Source of the DNA: Spirochaetia bacterium
Lineage (GTDB): Bacteria > Spirochaetota > Spirochaetia > SZUA-6 > Bin103
Assembly: GCA_965208575.1 (NCBI GenBank)
Contig: CBDBOV010000006.1
Coordinates: 64,001-128,000 of the forward strand
Length of the DNA: 64,000 bases
Direction: 5' to 3'
Shown: positions 38,178 through 48,606 of the stretch, piece by piece
Layout of the letters: each line of letters opens with the position of its first letter
How positions within the stretch are numbered: position 1 is the first letter of the stretch
The notes under the pieces: model-generated
What the model saw: only the letters and a program-made list of their open reading frames with translations
Databases searched by the model: none
What the model was told of the DNA's origin: nothing
Translations under genes and position numbers: made by a program

Positions 38178-39410
38178 CTACAGCACCACGAGCGGCACGC
38201 GCACCTCGTCGGGGCACATGCCGCCGTGCACGCCGACGTGGCGCAGCGCGGTCGATTCGGCGGATGCGTAGTGGGCGAGGATAAACGGGGCGAGCGCGAT
38301 GCCCACGTAGTCGCCGAAACGCCGCCGCGCGAAGTCGCTCAGCGGCTCCGGGCCGAACAGGCGCAGCTCCTCGGCCTCGCCCTGGCTGAGCACCGCCATG
38401 CGCCCGCCGGAGCGCTCCCCGACGCGCTCGGTCAGCTCCCGCTCCCTGCCCCGGCGCACGTGGAAGTGCGGCGTGCGCCCCTCGCCGCTCGGCATGCTCA
38501 GCAGGCAGTCGAGCAGCGGATCGCCGTCGAACAGCGGCGCCCGGTCGCCCTCGCCCAGGTCGATCAGGCCGTGGTCGGCGGTCACCGCCACGCGCACGTC
38601 GTCGGGCGCGCCGGCGGCCAACTCCATCAGCAAGTCGCGGATTTCCTCCAGCGTCGTGCGCGCCTCGCTGCTGGCCACCCCGTAGGTATGGCAGGCGGAG
38701 TCGTAGTCGGGGATGTACCAGAAGGTGACCGTGGACTCGGTTCGCCCGCCGTGCACGGCGCGCATGCGGCGCAGGATCCGCCGCTGCGCGTGCCGCGACG
38801 ACCGGTAGCCGCGCGTCCGGCTGCGCCCGCTGAGGTAGCGGTTGAAGGTGCTCAACAGGTACTTCCAGGGCATGTGCATTTCCATGCCGCCGGCCGCCTC
38901 GGCGAACCGCGACGGCTGCGGCCAGATGTCCGGAACGTGCACGCCGTGACGCCGCAACCGGCGCCCGCTCCGGCGTTCCTCGAACGGCAGCACCGTCACC
39001 GGCAAGTCATGTTCCGCGAGGTAGGCCCACCAGCCGGGAACGCCGTGCCGGCCCGGCCACTGCCCGGTCGCCACCGTGGTCATGGCGCAGGCGGTGGTGG
39101 CCGGAAACACCGAATCGATCTCCATGCGGACGCGCGCACGCAGGTCCGCCACGGTCGGATGGCCGAGCGCGCTCATGCCCATGCCGTCGACCAGCACCAG
39201 GACCAGGTGGGAGCGGTCGAACAGGTGGGCGGCGATCGTTTCGCAATGCGGGGTCGCCGGCGTGGAGGCGCCGGCGGCACGCTGCACCGCGCACACCAAG
39301 TCCACGAACGACGGCGCCGCGTCCGACGGCCGGCGCAGAACGCCGTCTCGGATCGCGGCCGCGATGATCTCGCCCTGGCCGGTCGGCGGCGCTGGCTCTC
39401 GCTCGCTCAC
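38178..39410 (-). CDS. Alkaline phosphatase superfamily (nucleotide pyrophosphatase-like)
   Basis: LVDGMG, VFPATT, D..CH.YG, TADHG, HGG. Confidence 0.88.
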   Translation of the reverse strand: MSEREPAPPTGQGEIIAAAIRDGVLRRPSDAAPSFVDLVCAVQRAAGASTPATPHCETIAAHLFDRSHLVLVLVDGMGMSALGHPTVADLRARVRMEIDSVFPATTACAMTTVATGQWPGRHGVPGWWAYLAEHDLPVTVLPFEERRSGRRLRRHGVHVPDIWPQPSRFAEAAGGMEMHMPWKYLLSTFNRYLSGRSRTRGYRSSRHAQRRILRRMRAVHGGRTESTVTFWYIPDYDSACHTYGVASSEARTTLEEIRDLLMELAAGAPDDVRVAVTADHGLIDLGEGDRAPLFDGDPLLDCLLSMPSGEGRTPHFHVRRGRERELTERVGERSGGRMAVLSQGEAEELRLFGPEPLSDFARRRFGDYVGIALAPFILAHYASAESTALRHVGVHGGMCPDEVRVPLVVL

Positions 39411-39616
39411 ACGAAACTGCGGATCAGCAGGTACGCGCCGAGCCCGGTGGGGAACACCCCGTACGAAAAGGCGTAGAACGCGAAGCCCCGCTTGTCGCCC
39501 AGTCTCTTCTTCATCAGCTCCAGCTTGGTGGACCGGTGCGGTGCGAACAGCGTGATGTACAACATGGCCACGCCGTACACGAACATCAGGGCACCGAGGA
39601 ATGTTCTAGCGTCCAA
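39407..39616 (-). CDS. Small two-TM hypothetical membrane protein
   Basis: GAAGGA RBS; stop overlaps the phosphatase start. Confidence 0.6.
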   Translation of the reverse strand: MDARTFLGALMFVYGVAMLYITLFAPHRSTKLELMKKRLGDKRGFAFYAFSYGVFPTGLGAYLLIRSFV

Positions 39617-39698
39617 GCTGCATTCCTTCGCTCACAACGCGGGCTACCGTAGTCGGTAAACGGGCTCTTGTCGACGCTGGTTTGCTATACTTCCGGCC

Positions 39699-40595
39699 GT
39701 GCAGTCGACTCGCGCGGCGCTGGGGGGCCTGATCGACGAAATCGAGCGCCAGGAGCGGGCGGGCCGTTCCTGGCGGCTCACCCCCACGCACTTGCAGCGC
39801 ATCCTGGGCTTGAGCCCCGAGCGATACTACCAGGAGATCTACGGCGCGCAGGTTGCCGGCCATCCCCTGATCGGCCTGTCGCTCGCCCTGGAACCGTTCT
39901 CGCAGACCTCGGCGCCGGCGCTGGTGGCGGTGCTGGAGCACTTGTGCGGCGCCGGCGCGGAGGGCGCCCTGGAACGGGCCGGCGTGTTCTTCTCCCACGA
40001 GCAGCAAGCCGAGATCATGGCCGAGTTTCTCTCCGGCGCCGCCGGTGCGGTGCGGGAGCATCGGTTCCAGGACGAGGAGTTCGCCGCCATGCTGCGCACG
40101 TTCGGCAGGTTCCCGGAGGCGCGCCGCGTTTATCTCGATCACTTCTTCGACCTCGACGACCTGCAGGAGCGCGCCGCGCGGCGCTACTGCGCCGGGCGCA
40201 CGTTCACCCTGCCCGAACTTGCGCTCGCCAACGCCCGCGAGGTGCTGCGCGCGTTCTTCGCCAGGCACGTTCTGCGCCGCCGGAGCATCTTCGCGGCCCT
40301 GAGTGACGCCTTCCACCGCGCCGCGGTCGACGCCGGCTTCGCGGGAGAACAACGGACATCACGCGGACGCCGGGCACGCACGGAGGCGCCGCAGCCTCCC
40401 GCGCGCTCCGCCGCCGCCCGGGCGCGGCGAGCCATGGGACTGGGGCCGGGGCCGCTCACCGCCCGCGGCCTCAAGGCGCGCTACAAGCAACTGATGAAAC
40501 GCTACCACCCGGACGTGAATCCGAACGGGCTGTCGCGCTGCCAGGAGATCACCGCCGCTTACGCCACCCTCGTGCCGCTGGCGGCGCCGGGATGA
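39699..40595 (+). CDS. Protein with C-terminal J domain
   Basis: LKARYKQLMKRYHPDVN...EITAAY. Confidence 0.8.
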   Translation: MQSTRAALGGLIDEIERQERAGRSWRLTPTHLQRILGLSPERYYQEIYGAQVAGHPLIGLSLALEPFSQTSAPALVAVLEHLCGAGAEGALERAGVFFSHEQQAEIMAEFLSGAAGAVREHRFQDEEFAAMLRTFGRFPEARRVYLDHFFDLDDLQERAARRYCAGRTFTLPELALANAREVLRAFFARHVLRRRSIFAALSDAFHRAAVDAGFAGEQRTSRGRRARTEAPQPPARSAAARARRAMGLGPGPLTARGLKARYKQLMKRYHPDVNPNGLSRCQEITAAYATLVPLAAPG

Positions 40596-40849
40596 GTGCG
40601 CCGGCCACGGCATCCCGCGGTGAAGCGCGCGGGATTCGGGTCGGCGCGACGCGCCGGCGCCCCGGGGCTTACGCCGTCGCCTACGCCGCCAGGACCTCGG
40701 ACGCCGTCAAGGACCGGCTCGCACGCTCGCTTGGTGGTGGTGGAGAGCACCGAAAACCGGTGCACGGGTTCGCCCGCCGCTTCGGTTCTCGTGCCGGATC
40801 CGTGAGCGATGTCCGCGCGCGGCCATCACACCGGCGGTCCCGAGCGACG

Positions 40850-42013
40850 CTACCCGGCGCCGGCGGTGTGCAGGAACTGCAGCAGCAACTCGCTGACCCG
40901 CTCGGGCTGCTCCTGCTGCACCCAGTGGCCGGCACCCGGCAGCAGGTGGCAGCCGAGCATGCGCGTGCATACCGTCTCGCGCATCCGTTCGTAGGCGCCG
41001 GGGCTCTGGAACACGCCCCAGTCGGCGGCGCCGGAGATGAAGCAGGAGGGCACGTCGATGGTGCGACCGGCGAAGATCTGCTGCTCCCCCACCCCGACGC
41101 CGCCGGTGCCGCAGCGGTACCACTGCAGCCCGCCCTGGAAGCCGGTGGCGCCATAGGCGGAGCAGTACACCGCCAGCTCCTCGTCCGGCAGCCAGCGGCA
41201 CGCGGCGGCAGCCCCCGGTGACGGAGTGAACGGCGCCACCGCTTCCGGCATGGTGTCGCCGCGGTTCATCACGTAGTAGGTGGGCAGCCTGGCCAGCTCG
41301 GTGGCGGTCCAGCCTCGCAACCGGTACGGGGTGTTGCCCCGCCAGTCGGCGCTCTTGTAGTGGTAGTAGCCGCGCAGGAACGCGTGCAGCCCCTGGGTGC
41401 ACTCCATCATGTCGGCGTTGGCGGGGCGCGACGAGTAGTACCACTGGTAGTGCTTGCGCGGCGGCTGCAGGGCCGCCAGGTGGGCGTCGAACTCCGCCAT
41501 CGGGGGGCGCCCATCCGGCACCGGGCGGCGCGCCGGCGGGCCGCCGAACGGCGCGCTCATCATCGCCACCGCAGAGAAAATATCGGGGCGCAGCAGGCTG
41601 CACCAGCCGGCAACCCCGGCGCCGGCGTCGTGGCCGATCACCGCGTGCACCCGCTCGTAGCCGAGCGCGGTGACGACGCCGAGCACGTCGCGCACCAGGT
41701 TGAACATGCGAAACGGCGCCAGGTCGCCGTCGAATGAGGCATCCCAGCCCCGGGTGGCGCCGTAGCCGCGCTGATCGGGCGCCACCACGTAGTAGCCGGC
41801 GTCCGCCAGAACCGGCATCACCTTGCGCCAACTGTAGCCCAGCTCCGGAAACCCGTGCAGCAGCACCAGCAGCGGGCGCCCCTCGCTCTGCTTGCCTGCC
41901 TCCAGCAGGTGTACCGTGAGCCCGTTCACCCCGGCCAGAGTCCGCGAACGCACGCCAACTGACGCCAGCCGCCGGAGCGCGGCACGGTACGAACTCAAAT
42001 TGCCGCCGGTCAT
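40850..42013 (-). CDS. Alpha/beta hydrolase (epoxide hydrolase-like)
   Basis: HGFPE, PDQRGYG, GHDAG, GHWVQQE. Confidence 0.92.
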   Translation of the reverse strand: MTGGNLSSYRAALRRLASVGVRSRTLAGVNGLTVHLLEAGKQSEGRPLLVLLHGFPELGYSWRKVMPVLADAGYYVVAPDQRGYGATRGWDASFDGDLAPFRMFNLVRDVLGVVTALGYERVHAVIGHDAGAGVAGWCSLLRPDIFSAVAMMSAPFGGPPARRPVPDGRPPMAEFDAHLAALQPPRKHYQWYYSSRPANADMMECTQGLHAFLRGYYHYKSADWRGNTPYRLRGWTATELARLPTYYVMNRGDTMPEAVAPFTPSPGAAAACRWLPDEELAVYCSAYGATGFQGGLQWYRCGTGGVGVGEQQIFAGRTIDVPSCFISGAADWGVFQSPGAYERMRETVCTRMLGCHLLPGAGHWVQQEQPERVSELLLQFLHTAGAG

Positions 42014-42522
42014 GTCCGCTCCGATTCCGAGCCGTTACTGCCCGCGGAAGACGGCTTGAAACTCTGGCCCGCCTCGGCGGACGGGGCAACCTCGCTCACC
42101 GTCACGAAAGGGTTCTCCACGACAATTCCGTTATAGCGCTGATCGGGATTGAGGTCCTCGGAGAGCAGCTTCCGGCATCCGGAACGTTCCGCGGCGGCCA
42201 CGATCAGTGCGTCCCAATAGCTGATGCCGTAGCGCCTGAGCGTCTCGATGGCCCGTTCGACGAGTTGCGCGTCGATGTCGACGACGGATAACGCCCTGAT
42301 CGAGTTGACCGCGCTGCTCGCCTCCGCAGCGGTCATCGGATGTCGAATGCGGCGCGTCACCGCGTTGAAGAATTCGCCGAGTACCTGGACGGAGATGAAG
42401 CTGCTTTCCGCCAGGATGCCGTGCCTCAGAATCCTTTGCGCCACGGCCTGCTTGGCCGGCTCCGAGGCGTCGTATGCGTACACGGCGACGTTCGTATCGA
42501 GGAACTGCCTAGCGACGCTCAT
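42010..42522 (-). CDS. vapC: PIN-domain toxin
   Basis: FLDTNVAVYA, QVLGEF, SYWDALI, SEDL. Confidence 0.9.
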   Translation of the reverse strand: MSVARQFLDTNVAVYAYDASEPAKQAVAQRILRHGILAESSFISVQVLGEFFNAVTRRIRHPMTAAEASSAVNSIRALSVVDIDAQLVERAIETLRRYGISYWDALIVAAAERSGCRKLLSEDLNPDQRYNGIVVENPFVTVSEVAPSAEAGQSFKPSSAGSNGSESERT

Positions 42523-42742
42523 GCAGATCCTGTCGAGTCCAGCGGTGAGGCCCCATCGGACGGCTGAGCCGGGCGAACGAGTCATCGAGCGCGCGGACCG
42601 CCTGCTCCCGCGCTGCCGCGTCTCGCGCCGCCACCGATTCGAGGTACTCGCGCACCATCGCGGTCAGCGTGGTATTCCGGTCGACGGCGATCTTGCGCAC
42701 CTGCCGCACGATTTCATCGGCAACGCTCAATGTAATGTTCAT
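42509..42742 (-). CDS. RHH/CopG-like (DUF6364-like) antitoxin
   Basis: MNITLSV...TTLTAMVREYL...WTRQDLHER. Confidence 0.82.
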   Translation of the reverse strand: MNITLSVADEIVRQVRKIAVDRNTTLTAMVREYLESVAARDAAAREQAVRALDDSFARLSRPMGPHRWTRQDLHERR

Positions 42743-42891
42743 TCTGATCGCTCCTGTGGTGGATGGTACCATAATAAGGGTAAGCCATAATACGGTCCGA
42801 CGAGCGCGTGCGGGAACACCGCTCTACCGCAACGCGCCGCAGCCGTGGCAGAGTATGCGCACCGACTCGACATTGACCCTTGGGAGAGAAC

Positions 42892-43746
42892 ATGGCAGCA
42901 ACGACGAACAGCGAATCAGGCGCCGGGCGGCTGGCCGGCAAGGTGGCGTGGGTGACCGGTTCCTCGCGCGGCATCGGCCGGGTGGTGGCCGGCCACCTGG
43001 CGGCCCTCGGCGCACGGGTGGCGATCCACGGCACCAGCCCGACCTCCACGCGCGCCTTCGGCGAGGCCGACTCGCTGGACGCGGTGGCCGCGGAGGTCGC
43101 CGAGCAGACCGGCGCCGAGGTGCTGGCCGTGCACGGCGACCTGACCAGCGAGGACACCGTCAAGGCACTGTGCGGGCAGATTCGCGACCGCTTCGGCGCC
43201 ATCCACATCCTGGTCAACAACGCCGGCGGCGACATCGGCTCCCAGGGCACCACCGGCGAGCGCGCCGGCAAGCCGGCGTCCAACGACGCGCTCGGCATCT
43301 CGCTGGCCGACATCCGCACCGTCCTGGACCGCAACCTGCTCACCTGCATCCTGCCGTGCCGGCAGGTGGCGCCGGAGATGGCGGAGCGCGGGCGCGGCTG
43401 GATCGTCAACGTAGGCAGCGTCGCCGGCCTGCTCGGGCGCGCCTCGGAGGTGATCTACGGCTGCGCCAAGGCAGCCGTGCACCACTACACGCGTGCCCTC
43501 GCCGCCCAGTTGCGCCCGGTCAACGTGAACGTGAACGCCATCGCGCCGGGCGAGATCGTCACGCCGCGCTTCCTGGCCAGCCGCACGCCGCAGGCGGAGC
43601 GGCAGGTGGAGAGCGGCAACCTGACCCGCTACGGCTGGCCGGCCGAGATCGCGCGCACCGTGGAGTTCCTGGTCACCGACGACTCGTCCTACATCTCCGG
43701 CCAGGTGCTGCGCGTCGACGGCGGCGCCCAGCTCTGGCCCGCCTGA
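42892..43746 (+). CDS. SDR oxidoreductase
   Basis: TGSSRGIG, NNAG, YGCAK. Confidence 0.92.
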   Translation: MAATTNSESGAGRLAGKVAWVTGSSRGIGRVVAGHLAALGARVAIHGTSPTSTRAFGEADSLDAVAAEVAEQTGAEVLAVHGDLTSEDTVKALCGQIRDRFGAIHILVNNAGGDIGSQGTTGERAGKPASNDALGISLADIRTVLDRNLLTCILPCRQVAPEMAERGRGWIVNVGSVAGLLGRASEVIYGCAKAAVHHYTRALAAQLRPVNVNVNAIAPGEIVTPRFLASRTPQAERQVESGNLTRYGWPAEIARTVEFLVTDDSSYISGQVLRVDGGAQLWPA

Positions 43747-43762
43747 CCCGCGCGCCCAAACG

Positions 43763-43788
43763 AAAAGCGCCCCGCCGAAGCGGGGCGC
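43763..43788 (-). terminator. Rho-independent terminator of the peptide ABC operon
   Basis: Stem GCGCCCCGC, 4-nt loop, then a T-tract on the minus strand. Confidence 0.75.
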
Positions 43789-43830
43789 CTTCACCAGTCG
43801 CTCCGTAGGGCGACTCAGTTCTCAAGAACG

Positions 43831-45795
43831 TCAGTTCTTAAAGAACCACATGTTGGAGTAGTAGTTCATGGTCAGCCACGCTTCCGCCCACGGCGGCAGC
43901 ACGCGCGGCACGTTGCCCAGGTTGTTGCGCACTACCAGCGGATAGGGCGCCATGCCGACGACGCCGATGGTCCACAGCTTGTCGGCGTGCAGATCGAAGA
44001 TCTTGGTACGCACGTCGCGGTACTCCTGGCTGCCGAACAGCGTGGACTGCATGTCGGCGCGGCCCAACTGGTACAGCATGGCGAGGTCCTCCGGCGGCGG
44101 CTCGCCGATGCGGTCGGCCTCCGGCACGTTGCCGCGTTCGCCGCCCCACCAGGAGTAGAACCGGCCGGCGCCGCGGTGGCCGACACCCAGCATGCCGCCG
44201 TTGCCGGACAGGAAGTCGTACATCTCCATGCCCGAGGTGCGGGTGGCGCGCACGTCCATGGTGCCCTCGGTCTCCACCTGGCGGATCAGGTCGCTGTCGA
44301 GGGGGTTGAGCTTGATCTCCACGCCGACCGCGGCCCAGTCCTCCTTGACCAGCTCGTGGGTCAGGATCTCCTGCTCGCTCGCACCCTCCGCGCCGGCGTC
44401 GTAGGTGAGCGTGAAGCTCATCGGCTCGCCGTTGGACATCAGCCGCAGGCCGTCGCGGTTGCGCTTGTCCAGCCCGAGGGCGTCGAGCATGCTGTTGGCT
44501 TCATCGGGAGCGTAGCGGTTGTAGGGGTGATCCTCGCCCCACTCCGACTTGTAGAAGCTCACGTCGGCATTCAGGGTCGCCTGGCGCGGCACGGCCTGGC
44601 CGAGCCACACGGTCTCGTTGATCTCCACGCGGTCGATCGCCAGCGACATGGCGCGGCGGAAGTCGACGTTGTTGAACAACTCGCGCTTCACCGGATCGAG
44701 ATTGTCGAGCACGAAGGTGTAGGTAACGTCGCCGCCGTTGACGTGCGGAACGAGCTTGACCGTGTAGTTGCCGGTGCCCTCGTTCTGCTTCAGCAGGGGG
44801 AAGTCGCCGATGGTCATGGCGCCCGCGTAGTCCGCCTCGCCGGCGATCACCTTCAGCTTGTAGGTCTCGGCGTTGACGGTCTGGCTGACGATGCGGTCGA
44901 TGTAGGGGAGCTGCTGACCGGCCGTGTCGACCGCGTAGTAGAACGGGTTGCGTTCCCAGATGCGCACGGTGGTGGTGTGCTCCTTCCACTTCCACGGGTG
45001 CAGCGTCGGCTTGTTCACGTCCTTGGCCGGGCAGCAGAAGGTGTGGTGATTGTTGAACGCCTCCGCCCAGTTGTCGAAGCCCTCCTCCTTGGCCTTGGCG
45101 TCGGCGTTCGGGTTGTACTCGATGTGCCACTGCTTGAGCCAGGTGCTCGGCGCAACCACGGTCCAGTCGCTGCCGCGCCAGTGCAGCATGTTCAACACGA
45201 TGCGCGGATAGGGAACCTTGAAGTCGATCTGCACCGTGTAGTCGTCGATCGCGGTCACGGTGTCCACCTGGCCCGGGTAGCCCCAGGTGTCGATCGACTC
45301 GTGGTCATCCATCTTGTACTTCACGAACACGAAATCCTCGGACGTGAGGTCGTCGCCGTTGGACCACTTCATCCCCTCGCGCAGGTAGAGCGTGAAGGTC
45401 ATGAAATCGTCGCTCAGCTCGTACGCCTTGGCCTGGTCCGCCTCGATCGACCCGTCGAAGTTCATGCGCAGGGGATACTGGCTCCGCTCCGGCGAGTCGG
45501 CCAGGTCATTCCACGGGTGGTTGGCGTTGGCGAACACCTCTATGGTGCCGCCGTAGGTGCCGATCTCCTCGAGCGCCTCCAGCACCTTCGGCTCGATCGG
45601 CAGGCGCTCGTCCACCGGCGGCAACTCGCCCGCCGCGACCATCGCCGCCAGCATCGGTGCTTCCTTGTACTGGCCACCCATCGCCATGGCGGCTTCGCTG
45701 CTGGCGGTGTCTTCGCCTTCGCCACCCGCCCAGGCGGATGGTGCCATCAGAAGTGCCGCGCCTACCAGGACGGGCATCCATTTCGCAGTCTGCAT
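43831..45795 (-). CDS. ABC transporter substrate-binding protein (family 5)
   Basis: EAPML..GELPPVDERLP, LREGMKWSNG, NPFYY.VD..GQQLPYID. Confidence 0.92.
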   Translation of the reverse strand: MQTAKWMPVLVGAALLMAPSAWAGGEGEDTASSEAAMAMGGQYKEAPMLAAMVAAGELPPVDERLPIEPKVLEALEEIGTYGGTIEVFANANHPWNDLADSPERSQYPLRMNFDGSIEADQAKAYELSDDFMTFTLYLREGMKWSNGDDLTSEDFVFVKYKMDDHESIDTWGYPGQVDTVTAIDDYTVQIDFKVPYPRIVLNMLHWRGSDWTVVAPSTWLKQWHIEYNPNADAKAKEEGFDNWAEAFNNHHTFCCPAKDVNKPTLHPWKWKEHTTTVRIWERNPFYYAVDTAGQQLPYIDRIVSQTVNAETYKLKVIAGEADYAGAMTIGDFPLLKQNEGTGNYTVKLVPHVNGGDVTYTFVLDNLDPVKRELFNNVDFRRAMSLAIDRVEINETVWLGQAVPRQATLNADVSFYKSEWGEDHPYNRYAPDEANSMLDALGLDKRNRDGLRLMSNGEPMSFTLTYDAGAEGASEQEILTHELVKEDWAAVGVEIKLNPLDSDLIRQVETEGTMDVRATRTSGMEMYDFLSGNGGMLGVGHRGAGRFYSWWGGERGNVPEADRIGEPPPEDLAMLYQLGRADMQSTLFGSQEYRDVRTKIFDLHADKLWTIGVVGMAPYPLVVRNNLGNVPRVLPPWAEAWLTMNYYSNMWFFKN

Positions 45796-45877
45796 AGCTG
45801 CTCCTTTTGATACAGAATTCCCTGCCACCCTATGCCATGCCGGCGGCTCGGTGCAAGATCGACCTGTTCCGGGAGGG

Positions 45878-46999
45878 CTACTTGTAGGGATCGGCCGCGT
45901 CGCGCATGCCGTCGCCCACGAAGTTGAAGCACAGCACCGTGAGCACCACCGCCAGCGCCGGAATCAGCAGCCACGGGTGCAGCGCCACGGTACGGATGTT
46001 GGAGGCCTGCTGCAGCGCCACCCCCCAGCTCACCACCGGCGGCTGCAGGCCGATGCCGAGGAAGCTGAGCGCGGTCTCGCCGAGAATCATGCCCGGCACC
46101 TCCAGGGTCAGGTGGACGATCAGGTAGCCGAGAAAGTTGGGCAGCATGTGCCGCACGATCACGTTCAGGCGGGTGGCTCCGCTCACGCCGGCGGCGGTCA
46201 CGTAGTCCTCCTCGCGAAGCTGCAGGATCTTGCCGCGCACGATGCGCGCCAGCCCGGTCCAGCCGATGATCGACAGGATCACGGTGATCAGGAAGTAGCG
46301 CCGCAGCGGCGACCAGTCGATCGGGATCGCGGCCGCCAGCGACATCCACAGCGGGATGGTGGGCAGCGACTGCAGGAATTCGATGGCGCGCTGGATCGCC
46401 ATGTCCACCGATCCGCCGATGAACCCGGACAGCCCGCCGAGCAGACAGCCGAGCACGAAGCTCATGGCGACGCCGAGCAGGCCGATGGAGAGCGAGATGC
46501 GGGCGCCGTGGATGATGCGCGACAGGATGTCGCGGCCGAGCTGGTCGGTGCCGAACAGGAACATCACGCCCGGTTCCTCGACCCCGAACAGGTGCCTGCT
46601 GGCCGTGAACAGGCCCAGCACCTTGTACTCGTCGCCGCGCACGAACAACCTGATCCGGTGCCGCTGCCCCGGGTCGATCTGGTATTCCATCAGCAGCGTC
46701 TCGGGGTTGCGCTGCCGGGTCAGGCCGTAGATGAACGGCGCCTGCAATCTGCCCTCGTGCAGGATGCGCACGCGCGTCGGCGGCGCCATGGAAAAGTCGG
46801 TACGGCTGGCTATCCTGTCGTACGGCGCTGCGAAGCCGGCGAACGCCGCGGCAACGTAGAGGATCGCCAACACGAACCAGGCGACCACGGCCAGGCGGTG
46901 CTTGACGAACTTGCGCCGCATCAGCGTCCAGCTCGAGGCGACGTAATACTGTTCGGCGGCGTCCGCGAGCTGCTCGGCGGTGGTTACCTGATCGGCCAT
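45878..46999 (-). CDS. Peptide/nickel ABC permease (DppC-like)
   Basis: FGTDQLGRD, LSFLGIG, GDGMRDAADP. Confidence 0.93.
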   Translation of the reverse strand: MADQVTTAEQLADAAEQYYVASSWTLMRRKFVKHRLAVVAWFVLAILYVAAAFAGFAAPYDRIASRTDFSMAPPTRVRILHEGRLQAPFIYGLTRQRNPETLLMEYQIDPGQRHRIRLFVRGDEYKVLGLFTASRHLFGVEEPGVMFLFGTDQLGRDILSRIIHGARISLSIGLLGVAMSFVLGCLLGGLSGFIGGSVDMAIQRAIEFLQSLPTIPLWMSLAAAIPIDWSPLRRYFLITVILSIIGWTGLARIVRGKILQLREEDYVTAAGVSGATRLNVIVRHMLPNFLGYLIVHLTLEVPGMILGETALSFLGIGLQPPVVSWGVALQQASNIRTVALHPWLLIPALAVVLTVLCFNFVGDGMRDAADPYK

Positions 47000-47000
47000 G

Positions 47001-47996
47001 TCAGTTCTTCTGCTCGAAGCGGATGCGCGGGTCGACCACGACCAGCAGCATGTCCGATATCAGCGTGCCCACCATGGTCAGCATGCCGAGCATCAGGATC
47101 ACGCTGCTGGCCAGGTACATGTCCTGCTGGCGCAGCCCGTCCAACAGCATGGGGCCGATGGTAGGCAGACTCAGCACGATCGACACCAACGCCTCGCCCG
47201 ACACAATGCCCGGCAGCAGGTAGCCGATCGCACTGATGATCGGGTTGATGGCGATGCGCACCGGGTACTTGAACAGGATGTGCCGTTCATCGACGCCCTT
47301 GGCGCGCGCCGTGATCACGTATTGGCGGGAGAGTTCGTCGGACAGGGAGCTGCGCAGGATGCGGATCAGCCCGGCGGTGCCGGCCGTGCCGATCACGATC
47401 AGCGGCACCGGCAGGTGCTTCATCAGGTCCCAGACGCGCGCCAGGCTCCACGGCGCCGCCAGGAACTCGGGCGAGAACAAGCCGCCGGGACTCCACCCGA
47501 ACAGGCGCAGGGTAACGAACATCAGGATCAGCGCCAGCAGGAAATTGGGGGTCGCCAGGCCGATGAACCCGAACACGGTGCCGGCGTAGTCGCCGACCGA
47601 GTAGGGATGGGTGGCGGAGTAGATGCCGATCGGAACGGCGATGATGTAGGTGATGATCAGCGTGCCCAGCGACAGGATCACCGACAGGGTGAGCCGTTCG
47701 GCGATCAGGTCCGCCACCGAGTCGTTGAACGCCATCGACTCGCCCAGGTCGCCGCGCAGCACGATGTTGCCGATCCACTTCAGGTACTGCTCGTGCACCG
47801 GGCGGTCGAACGCGTAGCGCTCGTACAGGGCGCGCATCATCGCCTCGTCCACCGCGATGCCGCGCTGCTGCATCATGTGCACGAAGGTGGTGACGTAGTC
47901 TCCCGGCGGGAGCTGGATGATCATGAACGCCACCAGCGACAGCACCGCCAGCGAAAGCACCATGTAGAGCACCCGGCGGACGATGTACTGCGTCAT
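47001..47996 (-). CDS. Peptide/nickel ABC permease (DppB-like)
   Basis: LPPGD, GDLGES, TARAKG, DPRIR. Confidence 0.93.
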   Translation of the reverse strand: MTQYIVRRVLYMVLSLAVLSLVAFMIIQLPPGDYVTTFVHMMQQRGIAVDEAMMRALYERYAFDRPVHEQYLKWIGNIVLRGDLGESMAFNDSVADLIAERLTLSVILSLGTLIITYIIAVPIGIYSATHPYSVGDYAGTVFGFIGLATPNFLLALILMFVTLRLFGWSPGGLFSPEFLAAPWSLARVWDLMKHLPVPLIVIGTAGTAGLIRILRSSLSDELSRQYVITARAKGVDERHILFKYPVRIAINPIISAIGYLLPGIVSGEALVSIVLSLPTIGPMLLDGLRQQDMYLASSVILMLGMLTMVGTLISDMLLVVVDPRIRFEQKN

Positions 47997-48150
47997 CAGC
48001 GCAGATAGTGGGCCATGCCCGCCGCACTTGTCCACCAGCCGGAGGCGGTCCGCGGGCGGCGGGAAGACGCGCTTCAGGCGAGGCCGATGGCGCGCAGCAG
48101 GGTTTCCTGCACGGTCAGCTCGTGGTCGAGCGAGCGCTCCGGCGGAGCAC

Positions 48151-48207
48151 CACGTAGTCCTCAACCGCGTCCCTGAACGACGCGGCGAGATCTGCTACCG
48201 TGGTGCC
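48151..48207 (-). pseudogene. HicB antitoxin fragment
   Basis: GTTVADLAASFRDAVEDY resembles the HicB core helix. Confidence 0.45.
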
Positions 48208-48363
48208 AACGCGCCACGCCCGCCGAGTCAAAGGGGTTGGCCTGACGCGGACGCTGCCGATCAGAGGATAACTCGTGAACGAGACGCCGCAGGAGCGCCC
48301 TCTCGTGTTCGTGATCGGAGACAACATTGACCGGGCCCGGCTGGTGCGCTAAATTGACGCACC

Positions 48364-48606
48364 ATGAAGACTGCCAGCGTTCGCGACGTGCAACACAATC
48401 TGAATCGGGTGCTCCGCTACCTCGAGCACGATGAGGAGGTGAGCATCACGCGACGTGGTCGAGTAGTTGCGAAACTGGTGCGGGCCGAACCCGCTGTGGT
48501 ACCGGTCGAACACCCCGACTACCTGGCTCGAGCCAGAACCATCTTCGCTCATCCCGCCGGGCCGCTACTCAGTCGCGTCATCGATGCCGATCGCGAGGAG
48601 AGGTGA
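48364..48606 (+). CDS. Phd/YefM antitoxin
   Basis: MKTASVRDV...EEVSITRRGRVVAKL. Confidence 0.88.
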   Translation: MKTASVRDVQHNLNRVLRYLEHDEEVSITRRGRVVAKLVRAEPAVVPVEHPDYLARARTIFAHPAGPLLSRVIDADREER

